In this document: positions 30,215 to 41,054 of the stretch, piece after piece | How positions within the stretch are numbered: the stretch's first letter is position 1 | Layout of the letters: each line of letters begins with the position of its first letter | Virus record (IMG/VR): IMGVR_UViG_3300024999_000089 | Coordinates: 6,926-70,925 of that record | Source: a virus | DNA length: 64,000 bases | Reading direction: 5' to 3' (one strand) | The notes under the pieces: generated by a model | Told to the model about the DNA's origin: nothing | Seen by the model: only the letters and a program-made list of their open reading frames with translations | The model's database searches: none | Translations under genes and position numbers: made by a program

Positions 30215-30403
30215 TTGAAACCAATATCTCAACAAGAAAAAGAATGGTTAATCTCTAAAAAAATATTAAAAATGGAAAGGGGAAAGTACCCTGACTTGAC
30301 TATTATCGGAAGAGGTAAAAAATCACGTAGGAAGAAACCTACAGTTCCCGATTACATGGTGGATTTAATAAAAAGGGAAATGTATAAGAAGAATGATAAT
30401 TAA
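30215..30403 (+). CDS. Small basic protein
   Basis: AAAGGAG upstream of a TTG start. Confidence 0.6.
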   Translation: MKPISQQEKEWLISKKILKMERGKYPDLTIIGRGKKSRRKKPTVPDYMVDLIKREMYKKNDN

Positions 30404-30474
30404 TAGGTAATATAATAAATATTAATAACAAGTAAGCAACAAAAATTTTCCGAAAAGGATGATAAATATGATGA

Positions 30475-31905
30475 GTGAATCATATGGGTAAAAAGAAATC
30501 TAAGGTTAGAATAAGTTTTGTCGGGAATAATTCTATAGCAGTAACAGGCTCAATGATTCTAGTGGAAACAGAATATAAAACTATTCTATTAGAATGTGGT
30601 ATGATTCAAAGTTCAAACTCCATTAAAGATTATAAAGATAATGCAAAACATTTCCCTTTCAAACCAAAAAATATTGATTATGTGTTTATCAATCATGCAC
30701 ATACAGATCATATGTCCCTCACTCCTAAATTAGTTAGGGATGGTTTTAATGGTAGAATAATAACTACAGAAATAACATCTAAATTAGCAAAACCAATGCT
30801 AAAAGATTCTGCTAATATTATTAGGAAAGATTCTGAGTATATATCAAAAAAACGTGGAGTTAATTTTGAACCATTCTACAATGAGGATGATGTTTATAAC
30901 ACATTAAATTTAATAGATACTTATGATTATGGAATTATACATAAACTTGACGATAATACAAGTTTTAAATTTTTGCATAATTCACATATAATTGGTGCTT
31001 GTCAATTAGAATTATTTCTTAAAACAAGCACAGGACATATTGAGAAAATACTTTATACTTCTGATTTAAAAGGAAATATAAATAAGAATTATTATGTTGA
31101 AGATACTGAATATTGTACTAAAGCAAATATAGTAATTAGTGAATGTACTTATGGTGCAGATGAGAAAAATGTTAAAGCAAATAGAGTAAAAGATTTAGAG
31201 AAAATAAAAACAGTTGTTAATCAAGTATGTTTAATGGATAAAGGAAGAATTTTAATTCCTGTATTCTCTTTATCAAGAGCACAACAATTATTAACTGATT
31301 TATATTGTTTATACGGAGAAGATAAAACATTTACTACTTCTATTATTGTTGATTCACCTTTAATATGGGAAATTACAAAAGTATATAAAGATGCATTACA
31401 AGGTGAACACAAAGAATTATTTGATAAAGTTTGCAATTGGGAGAATGTTAGATTTATTAAAGATTACAATGAGAGTAAGAATTGTGTTAGTGATAATAGT
31501 TCTAAGATAGTATTAAGTAGTAGTGGTTTTCTCTTAAAAGGTAGATCAGTTAACTATTTAAAGGAATTTATATCTGACATTAAATCTCATATTTTATTTG
31601 TAGGTTACTCACCTGAAGGAAGTATTGCTTCTAAAATTAAAAACGGACAAAAATTTATTAATATTGAAGGTAAAAGTTATAAAAATAAATGTAGTATTAC
31701 TATATTAAATAGTTTCTCTTCTCATATCGGACAGATTGAATTATTGAATTATTTGAAGGGAATTAGTTGTGAAAAAGTATTTTTAGTTCATGCTGATACT
31801 AATAGTAAATTAAGATTTAAGGAGTTATTAGAAGAAGAAATAAGTAAATTGTTTCGTAGTACACGTATTATTGCGACTAACAAAGATACTGTTTGCAATA
31901 TGTAA
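30475..31905 (+). CDS. Metallo-beta-lactamase/beta-CASP family nuclease
   Basis: VTGS, HAHTDH, SHIIGA, ECTYG, PVFSLSRAQ, SSH and LVH motifs. Confidence 0.9.
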   Translation: MNHMGKKKSKVRISFVGNNSIAVTGSMILVETEYKTILLECGMIQSSNSIKDYKDNAKHFPFKPKNIDYVFINHAHTDHMSLTPKLVRDGFNGRIITTEITSKLAKPMLKDSANIIRKDSEYISKKRGVNFEPFYNEDDVYNTLNLIDTYDYGIIHKLDDNTSFKFLHNSHIIGACQLELFLKTSTGHIEKILYTSDLKGNINKNYYVEDTEYCTKANIVISECTYGADEKNVKANRVKDLEKIKTVVNQVCLMDKGRILIPVFSLSRAQQLLTDLYCLYGEDKTFTTSIIVDSPLIWEITKVYKDALQGEHKELFDKVCNWENVRFIKDYNESKNCVSDNSSKIVLSSSGFLLKGRSVNYLKEFISDIKSHILFVGYSPEGSIASKIKNGQKFINIEGKSYKNKCSITILNSFSSHIGQIELLNYLKGISCEKVFLVHADTNSKLRFKELLEEEISKLFRSTRIIATNKDTVCNM

Positions 31906-32060
31906 TGTTCAAAAACGGTGTTGTTTTTGTATAGAGAGTATCCATACTATCTATACTTTTTGGGAAAGACTACAATTGGTTGGGATTGTATGTCAGTGAT
32001 TTAATTTGTAATGATAATAATAGAAGTATTAGAAATTTATATTGAAATGAGGAATCGTGT

Positions 32061-33437
32061 TTGGAACACCTCAAGAAACAAACAGAAAATTTTATGGAAT
32101 ATGCTGAGAGATTATTAATTAATAGAAATTTATATGATTTAGACAAAACGGAAGTTTATGAATTACTATATAATAATCAAGTTTCACATGACCATGCAAG
32201 AAAATGTTTGACAAATCTACAAATGACTATTGATGAATATAATAAAAGTAAAATAGATAAGCAAATTTGTGATAATATCAATACTCCTCTCTCTTCTACT
32301 CTAATTGATGAAAATAAAAACATAGAATCAGAATTAACTAAAAATTACAAATCAACTATTGAGTTAAACAAAGACAATACCCAAACTAGTGAAAAATTAA
32401 TTCAAATGTCAGATAATGATGCAAAAGATGTTGAATTTCTTTTAAAAGCACATGGTTATGATTCTAAAGTTTTTCAGTTAGTATCTGCTAGAAATAATAT
32501 ATGGAATAGCTATTCTAAAAAAGATGGGATTATGACACTCTACTCTAGTAAAATTACCGTTAAATTAATCACGGAATATAAATGGAATATTGAAGATATT
32601 AATAATTTATTTGCTAATATCAAAACAGAATATAAAAATAAAATAAATATCATATCAAAGCAATATGAACAAAATGGTGATACTTTAGTTGTACCGATTG
32701 CTGACTTCCACTATGCTTTGCTCTCTGATACATATTCTACTGGTAATGAGTATAATTTAGAAATTGCTGAACAAATTTATTATTATACTTTAAATTATAT
32801 TATCAACAGAGTAAAACATAGAAAATTTGAAAAAGTATTATTTGTGATTGGCAATGATTTTGTGAATTTTGATAATTTATCAGGTACTACAACTCGTTTA
32901 ACCCCACAAGATAATTCTGCATCATGGTTTACTACTGTAGTAAAAGCAACTCAATTAATTATTAATGGTATTGACATGCTATCAGAAATTGCACCTGTAG
33001 ATGTTCAATACGTCCCATCTAATCATGATTTACATACTATGTTTGGAATAATGCAAACAATAAATGCTTGGTATAAGAATGATGACAATATTAAAATTGA
33101 TTCCTCCCCTCTACCTCGTAAATATTGTAGAATAGGTAAAACATTATTGTGTTTGTCTCATGATATGAAAATTAAAGATGCATTGAAGATTATAACTACG
33201 GAAGCAAAAGATATGTGGAGCCAATCAGAGCATATAATTTGCATGTTAGCCCATCTTCATTCTTCTATGATCTATGAAAAACAAGGATATTTAGAAATTA
33301 TGAGATTACCTACAATTTCTTCTTGGAGTAGATGGAGCAATGACAGTGGATATATCCAATCTGAAAAGAAAAATCAAAGTTTTATTATTAATGATGATTT
33401 AGGTATTACAGATGTTATTAATACTATTGTTAAGTAA
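32061..33437 (+). CDS. Calcineurin-like metallophosphoesterase with an N-terminal extension
   Basis: ADFH, GNDFVNFD, SNHD, SHD and AHLH motifs. Confidence 0.8.
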   Translation: MEHLKKQTENFMEYAERLLINRNLYDLDKTEVYELLYNNQVSHDHARKCLTNLQMTIDEYNKSKIDKQICDNINTPLSSTLIDENKNIESELTKNYKSTIELNKDNTQTSEKLIQMSDNDAKDVEFLLKAHGYDSKVFQLVSARNNIWNSYSKKDGIMTLYSSKITVKLITEYKWNIEDINNLFANIKTEYKNKINIISKQYEQNGDTLVVPIADFHYALLSDTYSTGNEYNLEIAEQIYYYTLNYIINRVKHRKFEKVLFVIGNDFVNFDNLSGTTTRLTPQDNSASWFTTVVKATQLIINGIDMLSEIAPVDVQYVPSNHDLHTMFGIMQTINAWYKNDDNIKIDSSPLPRKYCRIGKTLLCLSHDMKIKDALKIITTEAKDMWSQSEHIICMLAHLHSSMIYEKQGYLEIMRLPTISSWSRWSNDSGYIQSEKKNQSFIINDDLGITDVINTIVK

Positions 33438-33487
33438 AATTAAATAGATTAATAAATTATAAATATAATATTTGTGAGGTAAAAATT

Positions 33488-33796
33488 ATGAATACTAATA
33501 CAAATACTAACATGAACATAACCATATCAACTGAAATACTTGATAAATTTTTTGATGAAATTGAACCAGAATTTATAAAAATCAAAGAAATGAAAGATAT
33601 AAAACTTAATGAATTAGACCCAAAAGAATTAAATAAATTCCACATTATTACTGGACAAAGATTAATGTTTATGAAATTTATCATGGAAATTTTTAAAATT
33701 GAACATGAAAAATCAAGAGATATTAAAGACTATGATTTATGTGAATATTTATTTCAAATTTTAAGAAAAATGGGTGTTGATTTTGATGTGCAATAA
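33488..33796 (+). CDS. Hypothetical protein
   Basis: GAGGT RBS. Confidence 0.65.
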   Translation: MNTNTNTNMNITISTEILDKFFDEIEPEFIKIKEMKDIKLNELDPKELNKFHIITGQRLMFMKFIMEIFKIEHEKSRDIKDYDLCEYLFQILRKMGVDFDVQ

Positions 33797-33832
33797 AAAT
33801 TAAAATAAAAATATAAAGGAGGAACATATATT

Positions 33833-34327
33833 ATGCAAGAAATCTTAGTAGGTTTTATTAATGAATTCCTTCCAGATTTAATTTACATTATAACATTAGC
33901 ATTATTCGGTTATATAGGCAATTTAGCTAGAAATATATTTCCTATTGCTGTTAAATGGTTCAAAGCACATACTAGTGTAGCACAACAAAATTTAATTGAA
34001 CAACTAGGTAAAAAAGCATTTACATATGCAGAAACTATATTTAAAGAGAAAAAAGGTTCAGAGAAATTACATGAAGCTATTAATTTCTTCCAGAAACATT
34101 TAGATAGTAATGGACTAACTGGCGTAAATTTAAGTTACACAATGGTTAGAAATGCTGTTGAACAAGCATGGTTAGCAGATAAAAGTTTGAGAACATTTGA
34201 TGTTAAAGCTGTGATGGATGAATTAGAAGTTGAAGAGATTAAGAGTGAAGTTAAGGATGATACGAAAAATGAAATAACAGAATCTACAAATGAATTATTA
34301 GAAAATAACGAAGTTGAGGTAAAGTAA
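33833..34327 (+). CDS. Phage holin, LL-H family-like
   Basis: Single N-terminal TM, then AFTYAE...GSEKLHEA...VRNAVEQA. Confidence 0.7.
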   Translation: MQEILVGFINEFLPDLIYIITLALFGYIGNLARNIFPIAVKWFKAHTSVAQQNLIEQLGKKAFTYAETIFKEKKGSEKLHEAINFFQKHLDSNGLTGVNLSYTMVRNAVEQAWLADKSLRTFDVKAVMDELEVEEIKSEVKDDTKNEITESTNELLENNEVEVK

Positions 34328-34330
34328 AAA

Positions 34331-34714
34331 ATGAGTGCTTATTTTGCTATTGATGGGATTGCTAATAGTTATCGTAAAATGAGTGACTTAAATCTTATTC
34401 AAAAATGTTTAGGTGATGTAAGTATTGTAGATGATATTAATGGGATTCCTATTATAAGAATTAATACAAAGAAATGGGATAGAAAAGATAAGGTATTATT
34501 TGTATTGGAAAGTAGAATTGGTGATATTATAGATGAAGTTAATAGTGAAGTTGATGATATAGTAAAATTTAGTGAAGAATATAGTTGTTTTGTAATTGAT
34601 GCGGATGATATTGAGAAATTGTGTGAGAAGTTTGATTGTTGGTGTAAAAGTGGTGGGATTAAGGATGATGGTGAATGGGATTTGCCTATTGTAGTTGTTA
34701 GTGGTAGGAAGTAA
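34331..34714 (+). CDS. Hypothetical protein
   Basis: ORF in operon. Confidence 0.65.
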   Translation: MSAYFAIDGIANSYRKMSDLNLIQKCLGDVSIVDDINGIPIIRINTKKWDRKDKVLFVLESRIGDIIDEVNSEVDDIVKFSEEYSCFVIDADDIEKLCEKFDCWCKSGGIKDDGEWDLPIVVVSGRK

Positions 34715-34749
34715 TAAAATTAAATTATAATCTGAAAGGATTAAATTGT

Positions 34750-35394
34750 GTGATTATGTCAAATAAGAATTTTCATAATGATTTAGATTGGGATAATGCA
34801 TCTATTGCTAAATTAAAGCAAACAATATTACCTGAACCAGACGTACTTACTTACTACAATCAAATTGCTAAAAGAGAAATATTTATTAATGGAGATATTG
34901 ATGAATATTGTGCTGACCATGCAAAATTGATATTTGATTGGAATTTTGAGGATAGAGATATTCCAAAAGAACAGAGAAAGAAAATAAAAATATTTTTGCA
35001 TACAGATGGTGGATGTGTTGCTAGTATGAATGTATTAATCGCAGCTATTATGCTATCTAAAACACCTATAACTACAATTGCAATGGGTAAAATTTTCAGT
35101 GCTGGAGCAATGATTTTTCTTTCAGCAGATGAAAGATTACTTCTCTCTACTTCTAGAGTTATGATTCATAAAGGTTCTAGTGGAATTATATCTGATGTAA
35201 ATAAGATTATTGATTATTCCAAGTTTCTTGAAAAAGACAATGAATTATCTAAAAAGTTTATTTTAGAAAGAACAAATATAACTGCTAAAAAATATAAAGA
35301 AGTTGAAGATAAGGATTGGTATTTACTACCTCAAGAATGTGTTGATTTAGGTATTGCAACAAAAATTGTAGAAAATATTGATGAATTGTTTTAA
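34750..35394 (+). CDS. clpP: ClpP-like serine protease
   Basis: IFLHTDGG, FSAG (catalytic Ser), VMIH (His), DWYLLPQECVDLG. Confidence 0.85.
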   Translation: MIMSNKNFHNDLDWDNASIAKLKQTILPEPDVLTYYNQIAKREIFINGDIDEYCADHAKLIFDWNFEDRDIPKEQRKKIKIFLHTDGGCVASMNVLIAAIMLSKTPITTIAMGKIFSAGAMIFLSADERLLLSTSRVMIHKGSSGIISDVNKIIDYSKFLEKDNELSKKFILERTNITAKKYKEVEDKDWYLLPQECVDLGIATKIVENIDELF

Positions 35395-35460
35395 TTAGTT
35401 ATTGTATATAACATAATAAATAAAAAAACAAACTTTAAATTAAAAGGAGAAATTTTTAAT

Positions 35461-35937
35461 ATGGAATTAAAAACTAAACATTACTATGATGATGAAACTT
35501 TAGAATTTGTTGCCTCTAAATTTTTTATTGATAATGAAGAAGTAGATATTGATGTTTATATGGATTATTGTACTGAATTGCAAAAAATTAATGGTGATTG
35601 TGAATGTAATTGTGATGATTGTACAAGGGATGATTGTTGTGAAGAATGTACGGAAGAAAATTGTTGTAATGAATGTGATGAATGTGAAGAATACATAGAT
35701 GATGATTGTGGAGATTGTAATGAATGTGTTTGCAATCAAGAAGAATTCACAGATCAGCAAATCGAAGAAATAAAAATGATAGAAGTATTTGCGTATAAAT
35801 TAGACAATGTAAATTGTGACTGTGGTTGTGAAATGAGAAATTTACTTTATGAATTGTTTAGTATTGGTAAAAATGTGGGATGGAATGATCATAAATGTTT
35901 TATGAAAGAATTGATGGAAGAAGCATTGGAAGAGTAA
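35461..35937 (+). CDS. Acidic cysteine-rich protein
   Basis: Central run of CxC, CxxC and CC motifs among D/E residues; AAAGGAG RBS. Confidence 0.7.
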   Translation: MELKTKHYYDDETLEFVASKFFIDNEEVDIDVYMDYCTELQKINGDCECNCDDCTRDDCCEECTEENCCNECDECEEYIDDDCGDCNECVCNQEEFTDQQIEEIKMIEVFAYKLDNVNCDCGCEMRNLLYELFSIGKNVGWNDHKCFMKELMEEALEE

Positions 35938-36080
35938 TATAATTTTTGTATTATGCTAAAGTTAAATAACAATGTAGAAAATAACTCATCTAATTTAATT
36001 TTAGGTGAGTTTTATTGTGCATTGTTAAAATACAATGTATAAATATATGGGTAATGACCTACCATTGTGGAGGAATAATT

Positions 36081-36710
36081 ATGAATATTGATAATTTCAG
36101 AGGAAGAGATTTAAAAGATGTAATAAAAATAATATGTGATCAAAATTTCTTTAATGAATTAGTGGATTTACCAAATATAATTATGAAAAATAATACATAT
36201 TGTTATAAAGGTATCCCAATATTTATTGATAATAATTTAAAATATAAAACTTGCGAGTTAGTATATAAAGGTAATGATAATTTTTATGATGATATAGTTA
36301 ATAATCTTAAACAAGAAGCAAAACATTTAAATGATAAGATAAGTATATTTAGATCAAAACATGATATACAAAACTGTATTGTTGCACTAAAAGCACTTAG
36401 GGAAACATTAGATTTAATTAAAAAATATGATTGGAATTTAATGTATTCTGAGTATAGTATAGAAAATGATAAAATTAAAAATATTGAAGATAGTATTAAT
36501 ATAATGTTAGCAAATGGTATTACAACAAATAATGAAGGTAAAGATATTCATGATTTAAAAAATGATAAAAATAATTTACCTAGATTAGTAACTGAAATTG
36601 CAGTATGGGAACAGAATCATGAAGGTAATATTAGGAATCATAAAGTTTGGAGAACAGATATTGAGTATAAGAAATATAAATATATTGTTGATAATGAAAT
36701 TAGACCATAA
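36081..36710 (+). CDS. Hypothetical protein; start probably ATG at 36081
   Basis: GGAGG RBS before MNIDNF. Confidence 0.65.
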   Translation: MNIDNFRGRDLKDVIKIICDQNFFNELVDLPNIIMKNNTYCYKGIPIFIDNNLKYKTCELVYKGNDNFYDDIVNNLKQEAKHLNDKISIFRSKHDIQNCIVALKALRETLDLIKKYDWNLMYSEYSIENDKIKNIEDSINIMLANGITTNNEGKDIHDLKNDKNNLPRLVTEIAVWEQNHEGNIRNHKVWRTDIEYKKYKYIVDNEIRP

Positions 36711-36759
36711 ATTTATAGATTAAGATATATTAAGATATATTGAATCCACTTCTATTTAT

Positions 36760-37062
36760 TTGAGGTGGATTTTATTATGTTTTAAGATTTTAAGTTTAAA
36801 ATATGATAAATGTAAGATTTTATTAAAATTAATTGTGTGGAGGTTGATTACATTAAATAATACTAATATATTACTTAAATTAAATGCAAAAATTTTTCAA
36901 GAAGAGATTAGGATATTAACATTTGAATCATTATTAAAATATATACAAATTAACAATATAAAAGATATTGATATAATTATTGATTTATTAGTTAATGATA
37001 TAAATGGTTCTATAGAAGATATGAAAGAATATAAAAATGAATTAGATAACTTATTAAAATAA
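36760..37062 (+). CDS. Hypothetical protein; real start probably near 36848
   Basis: GGAGG at 36839-36843; the predicted 5' part overlaps a terminator-like hairpin. Confidence 0.45.
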   Translation: MRWILLCFKILSLKYDKCKILLKLIVWRLITLNNTNILLKLNAKIFQEEIRILTFESLLKYIQINNIKDIDIIIDLLVNDINGSIEDMKEYKNELDNLLK

Positions 37063-37082
37063 TAAATAGACACATAAGGAGT

Positions 37083-38183
37083 GTGACTATTATTGCTAGA
37101 CCTAAAAAAGCTACAACTAATATTGTACAAGTAAAAAAAGAAAAAATAATGTTTAAATGCTTATGTTGCGAAAAAGAAAAAGATCAAGAAAAAGAATATT
37201 ACAAATCAAATTCTTTTATTCTTAAAGGTAATAATAATCGTATGTTCATATGCCGTCAATGTGTTGTTGATTTATATACATATTTAGTAGGAAAGCATAA
37301 TGATTGTAAAATTGCATTATATTTTGCTTGTAGATTATTAGATGTATATTTTGAATCAAGTTTATATTATAGTGCAGAACAACAAGCAAATAATAGTAAT
37401 AGTAGTATATTTGCTATCTACCTGCAGAAATGTAACAGCCTCCCACAATATTCTTCAAAAACATTTTCAGAATCTTCCCCATTAGAATCTACTGAAAATA
37501 TAAATATATTTGAGACAGAAATTAAATTGGATACAAATGAGGAAGATAAAAGAAATAAAGAAGATGTAATTCGTATGGTTGGTTACGATCCATTTGAAAA
37601 TGATAATCAAATGGATAAGAAACATCTTTATAATACTTTAGTTGATTTTTTAGATGAATCAACACTAGAAGATTCATTTAAATTGCCTATAGTAATTGAA
37701 ATAGTTAAAAGTTTTAATCAAATAGATAAACTTAATCAAGCATTATCATTATTAACTGCTGATGTAAATAATATACAATCACAAACAGGTGGAGTAAAAT
37801 CGCTAATTGAAGCAAAGGAAAAAGTATATCGTTCAATACTTGCTATGGCAAAGGATAACGGTATTTCAGTTAATCATGCCAATAATAAATCTAAAGGTGC
37901 AGGTACTCTATCTGGAATTATTAAACAATTACAAGAAAAAGGATTTATGGAAGTTGAAGTAAATCTTTTTGATATAGAAACTTGTAAAGGGATGCAACAA
38001 GTAGCTGATATTAGTAATAATAGCATTTTAAAACAACTACAATTTGATGAAAATGATTATACTTTTATGATTAATGAACAACGTGATTTAATTCAAAATT
38101 TACAAAAGAAAAATACATATTTAGAAGAAGAAAATAGATTATTAAAAATAAAATTTAGAGAAGGTGACATAGTTAATGAATAA
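37083..38183 (+). CDS. Zinc-finger protein preceding terL; candidate small terminase subunit
   Basis: CLCC...CRQC; overlaps the terL start; position as in SPbeta-like phages. Confidence 0.6.
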   Translation: MTIIARPKKATTNIVQVKKEKIMFKCLCCEKEKDQEKEYYKSNSFILKGNNNRMFICRQCVVDLYTYLVGKHNDCKIALYFACRLLDVYFESSLYYSAEQQANNSNSSIFAIYLQKCNSLPQYSSKTFSESSPLESTENINIFETEIKLDTNEEDKRNKEDVIRMVGYDPFENDNQMDKKHLYNTLVDFLDESTLEDSFKLPIVIEIVKSFNQIDKLNQALSLLTADVNNIQSQTGGVKSLIEAKEKVYRSILAMAKDNGISVNHANNKSKGAGTLSGIIKQLQEKGFMEVEVNLFDIETCKGMQQVADISNNSILKQLQFDENDYTFMINEQRDLIQNLQKKNTYLEEENRLLKIKFREGDIVNE

Positions 38184-41007
38184 AAAAACTATGTCACAAA
38201 GAAAAATTGATGGATATTTAAAACTTGCAGAGATAATAAATTATGGAAGAAAATTTCCAGTACGTTTTGTAGAAAGGTTTTTTGGTTTAGACCTGTTAGA
38301 TTTTCAGAAATATGTGTTTTTAAAAAGTTGGTATACTCCTAATTGTGTTTGGTGTATGGGGAGATCGTCTGGTAAAGCATTAAGTTTAGATACTAAAATA
38401 CCAACTCTTACAGGGTTTAAAACAATGGGAGAATTGCAAATTGGAGATTATATATTAACTGAAAATGGTGAACCTACCAAAGTTACTTATGTTTCAGATA
38501 TTTTTATTGGACATAAGTGTTATGAAGTTGAATTTGATGATGGAGCAAAAATTATTGCGGATGCCGAACATTTATGGGCATTATCAACAAAAAAAAATGA
38601 AAAGATAAGAATTTTTACTACTGAAAATATAGCTAAAGATTATGTTCGTCATAGAAATGATAAGGTTAAAAACGAATATAAATATCGTATTCAAAAAAAT
38701 AATCCGATAAAATATCAAGAGAAAGAATTACCTATCCATCCTTATTTATTAGGTATATGGTTAGGTGATGGTAATTCTGCAAATACCAATATAACTTGCG
38801 GTTATGAAGATTTAAATAATATGATTACAAACATTAATGAAATTGGTTATTCTACTAAAATATACTATCATAAAAACAGAACACCTTCAATTGGTGTAGG
38901 AATAACACCTAGAGGACAAGAAAATAAATTTAAGACTGAATTAAGAAATTTAAATTTAATAAATAATAAGCATATTCCAGAAATATATCTATATTCAAAT
39001 ATTGAACAAAGATATGAATTGTTAAAAGGACTCATGGATTCAGATGGTACATGTAGCATAAAAGGAGAATGTTCTTTTTCTCAGAAAGATTATAATATTA
39101 TTATAAAAGTATCTCAACTTTTATCTTCTTTAGGAATTACTAATATAATAAAAAATAAAAAATCAAAATGTAAAGGAAAAGAATATTATTCTTATAATAT
39201 TTTCTTTAGAGTGGATAAAAATCATAGTTGTTTTAAACTATTAAGAAAACATGAAAGATTGCAGAATGAATTACATAAAAGACAAAAAAGAAATTCAATA
39301 ATATCAGTTAAAGAAATTCTTTCTGTGCCAACAAAATGTATAACTGTGGATAATCATTCACAGTTATATTTATGTAGTGAAAAATTTGTAGTTACACATA
39401 ATACAACTCTTGGTTCTCCTTTTTTAATGGCTAAAAGTTTACTTATACCAAATTTTCAGGCTTATATTTTAGCTGGTTCTGGAAGTCAAAGTCAAGAAAT
39501 GTTTTCTAAAATAGAAAAAATAGCAAAAAGAGAGATAGCTTCTTTTACTGGTTTAACAGATATTTTTTTAAACGAAACAGTAAAAAGTGCATCGAATAAA
39601 GATGGATTTACACATAATCCTAGTTCTTTTGAATATAACCTCTACAACGGTAGCGCAGTTAACTCACTAAATGGTGCCATTAATAATCTTAGGAGTCGAA
39701 GATCAAATTGCAATTTTTACGATGAGAGTGGATTTGCACCAGATGAATTATTTACTGCATCATTACCATTTATCACTCAAAATAGTAGTTTTAGACTTGG
39801 TGGAGATGTTGATGTATCAACTTTCCCAAAACAATTTCCAAACCAAGCAATATTTGCTTCTTCAGCATCAAGTACAGATACTTTTTTCTTTAGAATATAT
39901 AGAGAATACGCACAAAAAATGATGCTTGGTGATTCTAATTATTTTGTAGCAGATATAAATTCTGACGTAGTAATAAATGCTACATATAATGGTAAACTAT
40001 ATCCTGTTCCATTGCTTAGTCAGCAAACTATTGATAATGCTATGCGTGAAAATTATAGTAAGGGCATGAGGGAGTATAAAAATATTTTTACAACAGAAGG
40101 ATCGGATAAACAGATTATTAAAAGGTCTGTTCTTATTAGAAATTCTGAATTAAGAATACCAATTTTTGCAAATAATAGCAATAGAAAATTTGCTTTGGCA
40201 TATGATCCTAGTAGATCTTACGATAATGCTATTACAATGGTTGGTGAAATTATATTTGATGAAAATATTGGTTATAAAATGGAAATATGTAATGGTGTAA
40301 GTTTTGTAGATATTGCTAAGAAAAAAAAGACTCCAATGAGAACACCAGAACAAATAGAATATTTAAAAAAAATGATATTGGATTATAATGGTAAACAATC
40401 AGCAGAATATGAAAATATCGAGACTGTCTGTATTGATGCTGGTGCTGGTGGTGGTGGTGTTAATATTGCTGATTATCTTATGGAAGATTGGACAGATAAC
40501 GCAGGAATTAAACATAAAGGGTTAATTGATAAAATTGAATCAACAGATTATGTTTCAAAATTTCCAAACGCTGTTGATAAAATTAAATTACTTTCACCAC
40601 AAAAGTATAAAAAAATGTTATTTGACGCACTTATTGAAATGTTAAATCTTGATTTAATAAGTTTCACGGAAGATTATGATATGAAAGGATTTTTAACCTT
40701 TGCAGATAGTGAAAATTCATATAAATTATCTTTTGATGAAGAATTAGCTTTAAAAAATATTGATTTAGCCAAAGAAGAATTAGTTAATATGTATAGGTAT
40801 GATGGAACAAATGGTAATTATAGATATGATCTAAGAGATGATAGAGTAGGAAGATTATACGACGATAGAGCATATTGTTTAGCTATGCTTGCATGGTATT
40901 TATCAGAATTAAGAAGAAAACATATAACAGGGAAAAAGAAAAATACTAACATCTCTCCCTCATCATATTTTGCAATAGCAAATAAATCATCAAGAGCAAG
41001 AAGATAG
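38176..41007 (+). CDS. terL: Terminase large subunit with intein
   Basis: Walker A GRSSGK|TT split by the intein, Walker B FYDESGF, nuclease motifs AYDPS, IDAGAGG and YDDRAY. Confidence 0.92.
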   Translation: MNKKTMSQRKIDGYLKLAEIINYGRKFPVRFVERFFGLDLLDFQKYVFLKSWYTPNCVWCMGRSSGKALSLDTKIPTLTGFKTMGELQIGDYILTENGEPTKVTYVSDIFIGHKCYEVEFDDGAKIIADAEHLWALSTKKNEKIRIFTTENIAKDYVRHRNDKVKNEYKYRIQKNNPIKYQEKELPIHPYLLGIWLGDGNSANTNITCGYEDLNNMITNINEIGYSTKIYYHKNRTPSIGVGITPRGQENKFKTELRNLNLINNKHIPEIYLYSNIEQRYELLKGLMDSDGTCSIKGECSFSQKDYNIIIKVSQLLSSLGITNIIKNKKSKCKGKEYYSYNIFFRVDKNHSCFKLLRKHERLQNELHKRQKRNSIISVKEILSVPTKCITVDNHSQLYLCSEKFVVTHNTTLGSPFLMAKSLLIPNFQAYILAGSGSQSQEMFSKIEKIAKREIASFTGLTDIFLNETVKSASNKDGFTHNPSSFEYNLYNGSAVNSLNGAINNLRSRRSNCNFYDESGFAPDELFTASLPFITQNSSFRLGGDVDVSTFPKQFPNQAIFASSASSTDTFFFRIYREYAQKMMLGDSNYFVADINSDVVINATYNGKLYPVPLLSQQTIDNAMRENYSKGMREYKNIFTTEGSDKQIIKRSVLIRNSELRIPIFANNSNRKFALAYDPSRSYDNAITMVGEIIFDENIGYKMEICNGVSFVDIAKKKKTPMRTPEQIEYLKKMILDYNGKQSAEYENIETVCIDAGAGGGGVNIADYLMEDWTDNAGIKHKGLIDKIESTDYVSKFPNAVDKIKLLSPQKYKKMLFDALIEMLNLDLISFTEDYDMKGFLTFADSENSYKLSFDEELALKNIDLAKEELVNMYRYDGTNGNYRYDLRDDRVGRLYDDRAYCLAMLAWYLSELRRKHITGKKKNTNISPSSYFAIANKSSRARR
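38377..39402 (+). mobile_element. Class 3 (Ala1, WCT) intein with LAGLIDADG endonuclease, 342 aa
   Basis: Starts ALSLDT, block B ADAEHLW, LLGIWLGDG and LKGLMDSDG, block F TKCITV, ends VTHN|T. Confidence 0.9.
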
Positions 41008-41054
41008 ATTATAAATATAATTATACATATATACTATAAGAAAGGAGGTTATCA

